From Octopus bimaculoides (lineage: Eukaryota): a DNA stretch of 64,000 nt. Shown here in pieces: positions 12,829 to 23,378 of this stretch. The translations under genes were made by a program, and so were the position numbers. The stretch covers positions 56,135,029-56,199,028 of the forward strand of contig NC_068993.1 of NCBI RefSeq assembly GCF_001194135.2, written 5' to 3'. Position 1 is the first letter of the stretch. Every line of letters starts with the position of its first letter. The notes beneath the pieces were generated by a model. That model did not search any database, had not been told where the DNA came from, and worked only from the letters and a program-made list of their open reading frames with translations.

Positions 12829-14025
12829 NNNNNNNNNNNNNNNNNNNNNNNNNNNNNNNNNNNNNNNNNNNNNNNNNNNNNNNNNNNNNNNNNNNNNNNN
12901 NNNNNNNNNNNNNNNNNNNNNNNNNNNNNNNNNNNNNNNNNNNNNNNNNNNNNNNNNNNNNNNNNNNNNNNNNNNNNNNNNNNNNNNNNNNNNNNNNNNN
13001 NNNNNNNNNNNNNNNNNNNNNNNNNNNNNNNNNNNNNNNNNNNNNNNNNNNNNNNNNNNNNNNNNNNNNNNNTATATATATATATATATATATATGAAAT
13101 TTTGAATTTAGTTCACGGACCCCTTTGCGGACCACCAGGGATCCACGGACCCCAGGTTGGGAACCACTGGTTTAGAGGAAGTGAATTGCTCTGGTTTTAT
13201 CTGTGACCCACTGCTTTACGTATTCACAAATGTATTTGTGCAAAGAGACATATATTCAAAGTAAATCTCTAAACTAGTGACCGCTAAATCTTAGTTTCGT
13301 TAGTGATCCTATTAAAATGTATATTATATCTTAAAACTAAATGTTTCCTATCATTAATTTGATCGAATAAGCCACATCTCATATTTGTATTCCATTTCAA
13401 ACATAACTTCATATTAATCTCTTCTCTCTTACAGGTTCACATTCTGGAGTCGCAGCTAACAAACAAAACGCAATCAAAGAAAGATCTTCTCTCCGTTCGC
13501 CTAGCCTCAATTAACCAGATAATTGATCCTTGGCTGTACATACTGCTACGGGGAAATCTCTTCAGAAAAATATTCAATTACGTCAAAAATATATTCCCAA
13601 GAAAACGCAAGCGTTCGCTGAAGACAAAAAACGAACAATACAAGCACAAGCCTCCGCTCATCAAGCAAAATTCTCGTTCAAATAAAATAGCTTATAAAGA
13701 AATGTGTTGCTTAACATCACAAACAGACGATATGGCGGAACGTGTCCATATAAAATCAAACGACACTTCCGTACAGCATAAGACTATTGATTGTAAAGAT
13801 ATAGAGTCGAACATTTGCAATGAAAATACCGATCAACATCAGAACGAAATTTCCAATAGCAATAGCTACCAAATGAGTTCTTACGCCCAATTAGGGGAAG
13901 GTGGCAGTATCCCTGCATCTATGACCTACCCGTGCATATCAAATACTACAAATGGCTTACGTCAGCTTCCTGATTCCATAGACTCTGTATCTGAAAGCAA
14001 GTACTCAAATAGGAAGTCACTGTAG
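9918..14025 (+). CDS. PTGER4-like: Prostaglandin E2 receptor EP4-like rhodopsin-class GPCR (gene span; exons 9918-10342, 10563-10989, 13435-14025; 480 aa)
   Basis: The three exons join in frame (425+427+591=1443 nt). Prostanoid-receptor motifs: GNLAALLVL (TM1), LAWADLIGQ (TM2), SLERMLSLKFTYFY (TM3/ICL2), QFPCTWCF (ECL2; family motif QxPxTWCF), EMEIKMVWFL..CWVPLNV (TM6) and RLASINQIIDPWLYILLR (TM7, DPxxY). The subtype assignment is by recalled similarity, not by a tree. Confidence 0.9.
10563..10989 (+). CDS. PTGER4-like: EP4-like receptor coding exon 2 (VVTIRRARL...CWVPLN)
   Basis: Acceptor ttttccttcacAG. Donor AAT|GTAAGT, phase 0. Confidence 0.9.
12213..12767 (+). mobile_element. Internally deleted Tc1/mariner-superfamily element with both TIRs
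   Basis: Left TA-CAGGGCGACCGTAAAGTTACTATA and right TATTGTAACTTTACGGACACCTTT-TA. Residual peptide SPKKSI..GIKRTSLHKIL..MKPYIPRLIHGLLENDPDRRPQFCE. Confidence 0.75.
13097..13169 (-). mobile_element. hAT (Charlie-like) transposon terminus
   Basis: The minus strand reads CAGTGGTTCCCAACCTGGGGTCCGTGG, a typical hAT end. The remainder runs into (TA)n and a gap. Confidence 0.55.
13435..14025 (+). CDS. PTGER4-like: EP4-like receptor coding exon 3 (VHILESQL...DPWLY...RKSL*)
   Basis: Acceptor cttctctcttacAG. The frame is open through TM7 and the C-tail to TAG at 14023-14025, in frame with track ORF 13702..14025. Confidence 0.9.
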   Translation, partial: VHILESQLTNKTQSKKDLLSVRLASINQIIDPWLYILLRGNLFRKIFNYVKNIFPRKRKRSLKTKNEQYKHKPPLIKQNSRSNKIAYKEMCCLTSQTDDMAERVHIKSNDTSVQHKTIDCKDIESNICNENTDQHQNEISNSNSYQMSSYAQLGEGGSIPASMTYPCISNTTNGLRQLPDSIDSVSESKYSNRKSL

Positions 14026-14869
14026 TCAAACTTCAATCGTCGACTAATGTTTGATTTGTTATTTTAAAATGATAGATAGGGCTGTGTTGGATGATGATAC
14101 GCAGTAGTCACAGTTGAGCGTTGCTGATAAAACAGCGGAACTAAACAGTTCGTGATAATGTACGACCGACGAGATTGGTCGTACGCTTTTGTACAATTTA
14201 CTGTATTGTTTGCGTTGTTTATAGATGAACACGGCAGTAGCACATTGTTATTTGAGTTGTTTGTGGAGGGGCTAAACCCAAACCAACCCGTACGAAACTA
14301 AAATCTGACTGACACAAATGAAACGCTGCCATACCATAAACACTGAAATGGTGAGAAAGGTTTATTGATGAATTTTCATTGAATTTTCATTAAAAGCCTA
14401 CTATTAAAGAAGTGAATTTGTTCCAATTGAAACAAATCAAAAGACTCCGATTGACTCTATCACCAATGACTGCTTGTCAGTCATAGTTAGAAAGGGAACA
14501 CTTCTGTAAACTAATTTATTTCAACTACAGTTTCATTAGGTGGATATTTCCCGGTGAAAGTAGCATATTGTTTGTTGTTGTTGCTACTGTTGTTATTTAC
14601 GTTGGTGTTACTGAGTAATACCAAAGTTAACTCTTAGCTCAGAATAATGTTATGGAAATTATCAATCAAAAATTCGTTTTTCCAGTATTCAAAGCACGAC
14701 GTTCAAGTCATTATAATAATGTAAGATCTGTGAGCTTTAATCATTCATACAGACCCCATATTGAAAATAGCAGGAAAGTTGTGAAAGATATCTATCTGTA
14801 ACATCAGTCAAGCCAGGCAAATTAATGAAAACTCCCACTTTTTGCCTTGCTGTTACTAGTCATGGAAGG

Positions 14870-15510
14870 TTTCTGGCCTGGTCTTGTTCAACACTCGACC
14901 AGCAGATCTTTGAGAAATCCATTTCAACCGCAGCCATCACGTTTTGTTTTATTCAGACATTGTGTATCTTGGACTACATTATATACTATGTCCTCTTTTT
15001 GTAAGGCATGATTTGAGGGAGATTAAGTCGGGTGCAGAAGTTAGTCGCTTCGTAGTTTTAGTTTAACCCTCGGCCAGTTCTCATTAAACAGACCTATGAG
15101 TAAAAGCTTCTAGTCTTGAGCATCCAGTGTTTTTGTTTGTTTGTTTTCTTCGGGTATAGTTTACCTAGGACTACATTATCTTGTGTACGATCTTTTTTTA
15201 AGACGGCAAGGCACAAGGAAGTAGACCTGGCTGCTCTTTCCAGCAGACCGAGTGACCGTACAGAGTTCCCTTCGTGTTGTTATTGAGAGTGGTGGCCACT
15301 AGTGAGGGTTATCTCTGATCGAGTTGAGCTTAAATCAAGACCATTCCAACCTTGACCATACTACCCTTTTTACGGGTATAGTGTACCTAGGTCTACATTA
15401 TCCAATGTGCCCTTTTCTTTTTTTGAAACTGACAGGTGTGTTTGTAGAATAGTAATTTAACTGCTGTTTCTAGCAGATTGAGTGAACGCAAGAGCAACCA
15501 TGATGAGGTT
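14870..15510 (+). repeat. Three diverged tandem copies of a ~200-bp interspersed repeat downstream of the EP4-like stop
   Basis: GGGTATAGT(G/T)TACCTAGG(A/T)CTACATTAT recurs near 14965, 15155 and 15375. Confidence 0.65.
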
Positions 15511-17169
15511 TATCACTGGTGTTGCTGTTGAAGCTTCGCAAAGCCTTGAGAAGGGAACGGATGTCACACAAAATCAATTTGAAATTCTACGTTGTTAAAC
15601 ATAGGGTTAAACTTCTCGGTGAGATAAGCATGACACCCGGTTCACGTACCCGATGAGTCTATCGGATACATTTCCCTTAGGTTATAACACATATGTCATT
15701 AAACAGTTTCGAAAAAGCATAAAGGCCACAGCTTCTCATTTGCATTCCCCTGAAATCATAGACTTCATATATTCATTACGGTCAGTATCTTCGTTACACA
15801 CAACTGTATATATATATATATATATNNNNNNNNNNNNNNNNNNNNNNNNNNNNNNNNNNNNNNNNNNNNNNNNNNNNNNNNNNNNNNNNNNNNNNNNNNN
15901 NNNNNNNNNNNNNNNNNNNNNNNNNNNNNNNNNNNNNNNNNNNNNNNNNNNNNNNNNNNNNNNNNNNNNNNNNNNNNNNNNNNNNNNNNNNNNNNNNNNN
16001 NNNNNNNNNNNNNNNNNNNNNNNNNNNNNNNNNNNNNNNNNNNNNNNNNNNNNNNNNNNNNNNNNNNNNNNNNNNNNNNNNNNNNNNNNNNNNNNNNNNN
16101 NNNNNNNNNNNNNNNNNNNNNNNNNNNNNNNNNNNNNNNNNNNNNNNNNNNNNNNNNNNNNNNNNNNNNNNNNNNNNNNNNNNNNNNNNNNNNNNNNNNN
16201 NNNNNNNNNNNNNNNNNNNNNNNNNNNNNNNNNNNNNNNNNNNNNNNNNNNNNNNNNNNNNNNNNNNNNNNNNNNNNNNNNNNNNNNNNNNNNNNNNNNN
16301 NNNNNNNNNNNNNNNNNNNNNNNNNNNNNNNNNNNNNNNNNNNNNNNNNNNNNNNNNNNNNNNNNNNNNNNNNNNNNNNNNNNNNNNNNNNNNNNNNNNN
16401 NNNNNNNNNNNNNNNNNNNNNNNNNNNNNNNNNNNNNNNNNNNNNNNNNNNNNNNNNNNNNNNNNNNNNNNNNNNNNNNNNNNNNNNNNNNNNNNNNNNN
16501 NNNNNNNNNNNNNNNNNNNNNNNNNNNNNNNNNNNNNNNNNNNNNNNNNNNNNNNNNNNNNNNNNNNNNNNNNNNNNNNNNNNNNNNNNNNNNNNNNNNN
16601 NNNNNNNNNNNNNNNNNNNNNNNNNNNNNNNNNNNNNNNNNNNNNNNNNNNNNNNNNNNNNNNNNNNNNNNNNNNNNNNNNNNNNNNNNNNNNNNNNNNN
16701 NNNNNNNNNNNNNNNNNNNNNNNNNNNNNNNNNNNNNNNNNNNNNNNATCAGCCAAATTCACTCACAAGCTACTGATCGGTCCGGACACTTATCAAAGGT
16801 GCCTGAAATCGGAACCATTTGATTGCAAAGCGAACTTCATATCCACATGTTGCACCTTAATTTACAATTTACACACACACACACACACGTACACAACACA
16901 CGTACACAACACACGTACACAACACACGTATGCACGCACACACACACACACACGCACGTACACACACACACACACGCACGCACACACATTGGCTGGCAGC
17001 GTGTGTGTGTGTATGAAGACCATGTAACATCAAAGTTCTTGATACTTCACGGTGCCGAGTTCGAATCCCATCTGTGACAGACCCCCCCCCCTAGGTGTCA
17101 ATAAAAATCAAATCATTTCCACAATGTGTTGTTGGCTCATTCAACATTAATATCTTCTTTACGAGTAAT

Positions 17170-17595
17170 TCTTTCTATTATAAGCACAAGGCCTGAAATT
17201 TTGAGGGGAGGGGCTAGTCGATTACATTGACCCGTATTGCTCAACTGGCACTTGTTTTATCGACCTGAAGAGGATGAAAGACAAAGTCGACGTCGGTGGA
17301 ATTTGAACTCGGCATGTATATAGCCGAAAGAAATACTACGAAGCATTTTAACCAACTCACTAATGATTCTACTATCACACCAGACAAAATACTCTGCGGC
17401 ATTTCGGCCATCTTTACGTTCTGAGTTCAAATTCCGATTTATTTTATCGACCCCGCCCCTTTGGGGGTGGGGTCGATGAAATAAATACCAGTTGAGCACT
17501 GGGGTCGATATAATTGACTAGTCCCCTCCCCGAAAATGTCAGTCCTTGTGTCCTTAGTAGAAAGGATCATTATTATTATCATTATTATTATTATT
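17170..17595. mobile_element. Family A SINE pair (-17170-17340, +17395-17595 with ATT tail)
   Basis: Same consensus motifs. Confidence 0.75.
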
Positions 17596-18784
17596 NNNNN
17601 NNNNNNNNNNNNNNNNNNNNNNNNNNNNNNNNNNNNNNNNNNNNNNNNNNNNNNNNNNNNNNNNNNNNNNNNNNNNNNNNNNNNNNNNNNNNNNNNNNNN
17701 NNNNNNNNNNNNNNNNNNNNNNNNNNNNNNNNNNNNNNNNNNNNNNNNNNNNNNNNNNNNNNNNNNNNNNNNNNNNNNNNNNNNNNNNNNNNNNNNNNNN
17801 NNNNNNNNNNNNNNNNNNNNNNNNNNNNNNNNNNNNNNNNNNNNNNNNNNNNNNNNNNNNNNNNNNNNNNNNNNNNNNNNNNNNNNNNNNNNNNNNNNNN
17901 NNNNNNNNNNNNNNNNNNNNNNNNNNNNNNNNNNNNNNNNNNNNNNNNNNNNNNNNNNNNNNNNNNNNNNNNNNNNNNNNNNNNNNNNNNNNNNNNNNNN
18001 NNNNNNNNNNNNNNNNNNNNNNNNNNNNNNNNNNNNNNNNNNNNNNNNNNNNNNNNNNNNNNNNNNNNNNNNNNNNNNNNNNNNNNNNNNNNNNNNNNNN
18101 NNNNNNNNNNNNNNNNNNNNNNNNNNNNNNNNNNNNNNNNNNNNNNNNNNNNNNNNNNNNNNNNNNNNNNNNNNNNNNNNNNNNNNNNNNNNNNNNNNNN
18201 NNNNNNNNNNNNNNNNNNNNNNNNNNNNNNNNNNNNNNNNNNNNNNNNNNNNNNNNNNNNNNNNNNNNNNNNNNNNNNNNNNNNNNNNNNNNNNNNNNNN
18301 NNNNNNNNNNNNNNNNNNNNNNNNNNNNNNNNNNNNNNNNNNNNNNNNNNNNNNNNNNNNNNNNNNNNNNNNNNNNNNNNNNNNNNNNNNNNNNNNNNNN
18401 NNNNNNNNNNNNNNNNNNTATATATATATAAATGTGTGTGTGTTAAATAAAATACACGGGTTCAAATCTTACATCCTGCTTCTTGTGTTTATTTATCCGT
18501 CTGTTTATGTGTTGAATTTTCATTTCATTTTATTGTTTTTGTCTTTTTTTTTTGTTACTGTTTGCAGGCCTATCCTTCTGGTTTTTTAGCTCTTAACATG
18601 TGTTCACTAAAGTTTATTTACGCTGCATATGTTCGCAGTTGTAGATAAGTCACAACCGAATTTCTTTTGTGGCTTCGACATTTTAACTTCAGCTTCTGAC
18701 CTGCAAATATGTCACGTATTGCTTTTCGTGATTACTGTTGGTAATTTTGTTTGCAGTTGCATTTAGATAATAATTTCATATTTT

Positions 18785-19022
18785 GGTACAAGGCCAGCTA
18801 TTTCAGGAGTGGGAGATAAGTTGATTACATCAACCCCCCACTGTTCAACTGCTACTTATTTTATCAACTCCCGAATGGATGAAAGACAAAGTCAACCTCG
18901 ACGGAATTTGAACCCACAACACGAAGACGGACGGAATATAGCTAAGCTTTTTGCCCCGGCGTGCTAACGATTCTTATTTCTTTATTGCCCACAAGGGGCT
19001 AAACATAGAGGGGACAAACAAG
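18785..19022 (-). mobile_element. Family A SINE plus the tail fragment of a second copy
   Basis: Same consensus motifs; a second tail type abuts the head. Confidence 0.7.
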
Positions 19023-19275
19023 GGATCTTTTTTTAAAACGGGGGCCACATTTTTCATTAACGAAACACTTTGAAACTTGGAACACTGGTAGAATGTGTCA
19101 TATAAAACATCTTTTTTCTCTTAGTCTTCTTTAAAAAAAAAGAAATCCCTAAAGTTATTCCATGTTAAAGTTGTCGTATTTCTGTAATTTCAACCAATCA
19201 CTGACGTCCATTCAGCCGATATACATTAAGTGCCGACTACATAAACAAACGATTCTGAAACAATTCTATCGGTGA

Positions 19276-19296
19276 TAGGGTTAGGGTTAGGGTTAG
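19276..19296 (+). repeat. Interstitial (TTAGGG)n run bordering an N gap
   Basis: TAGGG TTAGGG TTAGGG TTAG, followed by about 435 N. Confidence 0.7.
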
Positions 19297-19731
19297 NNNN
19301 NNNNNNNNNNNNNNNNNNNNNNNNNNNNNNNNNNNNNNNNNNNNNNNNNNNNNNNNNNNNNNNNNNNNNNNNNNNNNNNNNNNNNNNNNNNNNNNNNNNN
19401 NNNNNNNNNNNNNNNNNNNNNNNNNNNNNNNNNNNNNNNNNNNNNNNNNNNNNNNNNNNNNNNNNNNNNNNNNNNNNNNNNNNNNNNNNNNNNNNNNNNN
19501 NNNNNNNNNNNNNNNNNNNNNNNNNNNNNNNNNNNNNNNNNNNNNNNNNNNNNNNNNNNNNNNNNNNNNNNNNNNNNNNNNNNNNNNNNNNNNNNNNNNN
19601 NNNNNNNNNNNNNNNNNNNNNNNNNNNNNNNNNNNNNNNNNNNNNNNNNNNNNNNNNNNNNNNNNNNNNNNNNNNNNNNNNNNNNNNNNNNNNNNNNNNN
19701 NNNNNNNNNNNNNNNNNNNNNNNNNNNNNNN

Positions 19732-20272
19732 TTATATCGACCCTAGTGTTTAACTGGTTCTTATTTTATCAACAAAGTCGACCTCCACGGAATTTGAACT
19801 CAGAACGCGAAGACGGACGAAATATCACGAAGTACTTTGTCCGGTGTGCTAACGAAACAGCCAGCTCGCCGCCTTCAAGTTGCGTTTAAATAATACTTTC
19901 TGATGGAAGCACAAGGCCTCAAATTTGGGGGAAGAGATTAAGTTGATTAGATCGACCCCAGTGCGTAACTGGTATTTATTTAATCGACCCCGAAAGGATG
20001 AAAGGCAAAGACGACGTCGGTGGAATTTGAACTCAGAACGAAAGGCAAAATCAACCTCGGTGGAACTGAACTCAGAACACGAAGACTGGCGAAATATCCT
20101 TTTCTACTCTAGGCACAAGGCCCGAAATTTGGGGGGAGGGACCAGTCGATTAGATTGACTCCAGTACGCAACTGGTACTTAATTTATCGACCCCGAAAGG
20201 ATAAAAGGCAAAGTCAATCTCGGCGGAATTTGAACTCAGAACGTAGCGGCATTCTACTAGCTCGCCATCCTT
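19732..20272 (-). mobile_element. Tandem cluster of three family A SINE copies
   Basis: Repeated GGCACAAGGCC..AAATTT..GACCCCAGT..ATCGACCCCGAAAGGATGAAAGGCAAAG. Confidence 0.8.
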
Positions 20273-20527
20273 GACTAGAGTATTATTATTACACTCAACA
20301 GAGTGCACAGGAACCAAGTTTAGCTTAACAATAGCTTTTATTAATCAATTCCTGTAACAATCAACCGGTGCTTTTAATCTGCCAGTCCCTTGAATTTAGC
20401 TAAGTGTGATAGGTGTCTCTCGTAAATTTCTAAGTGAAAAAGAAAAGCCGAGAATAATAGGAAGTGTATTTGTAGAAAAATGTAGATTCAGTTTCGAATC
20501 CTGGCTTAGAATCAAGAAACTTATTCG

Positions 20528-20559
<32 letters not shown>

Positions 20560-20573
20560 NNNNNNNNNNTTCG

Positions 20574-20611
<38 letters not shown>

Positions 20612-20739
20612 ACGTGCGCGTATGAATATAAATAGACAGATAGATAGATAGATAGATAGATAGATATCTATTCGTTTTGCAAGATTACTGATGTGGAATC
20701 GTGTGTTGAAACAGATATTGCTGTATTTCGGGATGTCTA

Positions 20740-21394
20740 ACAAGACAAATGACGGTTATGTACAAATCGTTCTGATGTTCACAGAGTGATGAAACTAAGT
20801 TTCCAGCAATTGTGGTGGTTTTAGAAATGTTGAACAACGAAAGTCATGTCATACTACTTCGCATCTTTTCATAAGGTCTAAGAATTAGCGCTGCTGGATA
20901 CGTTGATGTACTGGAGAAGTTTTTAAGCTCTGGATAGATGAAGCGCACAGTAAAAGGCCATACGTGTTTCAACAAGACTCGGTACCTTCTCACAAAGCAC
21001 TTATCACCCAAGAATAGTTGTCAATCAATATTTACAATCATGTAACACCAATCTTGTGGCCTCCGAACTCACCAGATTTAAAATCCAATGGACAACGTTT
21101 GGAGAGTCGTTGAAAATAAGACAAATCAACATCTTCACAATACAATAGCTTCACTAAAGGCCGTCATTTTACTGGTGTTGTCCGAAGTGAATAATGACCA
21201 TTTAGTGCGGACCTGTCAACAATTCCGGTCCCGCGTTGAAGTTGTCATCGAAGCTGAAGGCAAATTCATGAAATAGTCTGATGAGAAAGCTTATCTCGAA
21301 CACGTGTACAAATTATTATGATAATTTTTACTAGGTTAGAGTTGTTTTATTAATTAACCAGATATGTACTCAAATAACCCACGCACTCTGTATC

Positions 21395-21395
<1 letters not shown>
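20740..21395 (+). mobile_element. Decayed DD37D (maT-type) Tc1/mariner transposase C-terminal half
   Basis: FQQDSVPSHKA...LWPPNSPDL(N)PMD with 37 residues between the two Asp after correcting one frameshift. It contains a stop codon. A probable TIR (..CACGCACTCTG-TA) lies near 21393. Confidence 0.8.
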
Positions 21396-21434
<39 letters not shown>

Positions 21435-21764
21435 TATATGTGAGTGTGTGTGTGTGCGCACGTAGAAATATATACATACGCATACATATATAGACAGATA
21501 TGCATATATAAATAAGTATTGTACGAACAGAAATAAAATTACAATTATAAATGTCAAATGTCTACGCACACAAACTCCTACGGACATATAAAATATACAA
21601 CCAAAACAAGAGTTTATTAGGAATCAAATTTAAATTAAGCAGAAAATGGAGAAATTTTTTGATCAACCAACGATGGAAGTCAATTAGTTTGTTGATGAAA
21701 AATTTTCTCCATTTTCTGTTTAATTTAAATTTGATTCGTGATTAACTCTTATTTTGTTATTGCC

Positions 21765-22175
21765 TGTATCTTGTTTTTACTTGTTTCAATCATTTGACCG
21801 TGGCCATGCTGGAGCACCGCCTTTAGTCGAGCAAATCGACCCTAGGACTTATTCTATCGTAAGCCTAGTACTTATTCGATCGGTGTCTTATGCCGAACCG
21901 CTAAGTTACGGGGACGTAAACACACCAGCATCAGTTGTCAAGCAATGTTGGGGGGGGGGACAAACACAGACACACAAACTTATACACACACATACATACA
22001 TATATATATACATATATACATATATACGACGGGCTTCTTTCAGTTTCCGTCTACCAAATCCATTCACAAGGCTTTGGTAGAAGGCTATAGTAGAAGTCAC
22101 TTGCCCAAGGTGTCACGCTGTGGGAACCATGTAGTTGGTAAGCAAGCTACTTACCACACAGCCACTCCTACGCCT
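21765..22175 (-). mobile_element. Composite CORE-type SINE (family E): tRNA head, CORE-like segment, internal (TA/TG)n and a second module
   Basis: GGCACCTTGGGCAAGTG-like core. Other full copies at +42403-42790 and +45781-46110. Head-only copies at 23685, 27648, 40088 and 59900. Confidence 0.8.
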
Positions 22176-22571
22176 ATAAACCTATATATTTATATATATA
22201 TACATATATATACATATATATATATATATACACACATATATANNNNNNNNNNNNNNNNNNNNNNNNNNNNNNNNNNNNNNNNNNNNNNNNNNNNNNNNNN
22301 NNNNNNNNNNNNNNNNNNNNNNNNNNNNNNNNNNNNNNNNNNNNNNNNNNNNNNNNNNNNNNNNNNNNNNNNNNNNNNNNNNNNNNNNNNNNNNNNNNNN
22401 NNNNNNNNNNNNNNNNNNNNNNNNNNNNNNNNNNNNNNNNNNNNNNNNNNNNNNNNNNNCATTAATATAATGTCTGAAAGACTTTCAAGATGCCTGCACA
22501 CATATAAATGTACTTTCGCGCAACGCAGTGGGAATTAATTTGAGCAACTGTTAACATAATTTACTTTAAGT

Positions 22572-22915
22572 GGGTTGTGAAGGCGCGTGGTTAGGGTATT
22601 CGACTCACAATTGCAAGGTTATGAGTTCAATTCTCAGCGACGCGTTGTGTCCTTGAGCAAGAGACTTTATTTCACGTTTCTCCAGTCTACTCAGTTGGCA
22701 AAAATGAGTAGTACCTGCATTTCAAAGGGGCCAGCCTTGTCACACTCTGTGTCATGCTGAATCTCCCTGAGAGCTACGTTAAGGGTACATGTGTCGTTAA
22801 GTGTACACGTGTCTGTGGAGTGCTCAACCACTTGCACGTTAATTTCACGAGTAGGCTGTTCCGTTGATCGGATCAACTGAAATCAACGTTGTCGTAACCC
22901 ACAGAGTGCCAGTAG
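22572..22915 (+). mobile_element. SINE with a different tRNA head and the family B 3' body
   Basis: Shares AAAGGGCCAGCCTTGTCACAC...GTTGATCGGATCAAC. Small internal duplication at 22780-22810. Confidence 0.75.
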
Positions 22916-23339
22916 GGGGCAATATAGAGCGACTTGTAGAAGTGGGCGAGTCTTTACCAGATGTTTGTACTTCTGCCGGACAATGAAGTTGAGAACTACT
23001 TGGAAAATTTGTGGTTGTGTTTTTGTTTTGCCTGAGATATGGAGGGACATATTTATGACGATGGTTTTATTCACCAGATTATTCCTCTCTGATTCATCAC
23101 GATAAAAGACTGTCAAGGATAGTCAGTATAGAACTGGACGACCATTATCAAGTGTTTTTAGATGTTTCATGAGAGTTTTGCACTTCTCCACGAGAAACAC
23201 TTTTATCTCTTAAGAGATTCAGTGTACACACGAGGCAAAACATCAGTTTCATCCGATATTTGTTAGAAAAACTTTCTGTGTAGGTTTTTTTCTGTTTAGT
23301 CCCATGGTTTGTTATTCATTAGTCATTTTGTACTCTTGC

Positions 23340-23378
<39 letters not shown>

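Noticed and set aside
19732-20272. Repeated motifs suggestive of a CRISPR array
   Set aside because: These are tandem SINE copies with homologous bodies, not repeat-unique spacer units, and the context is eukaryotic with no cas genes.
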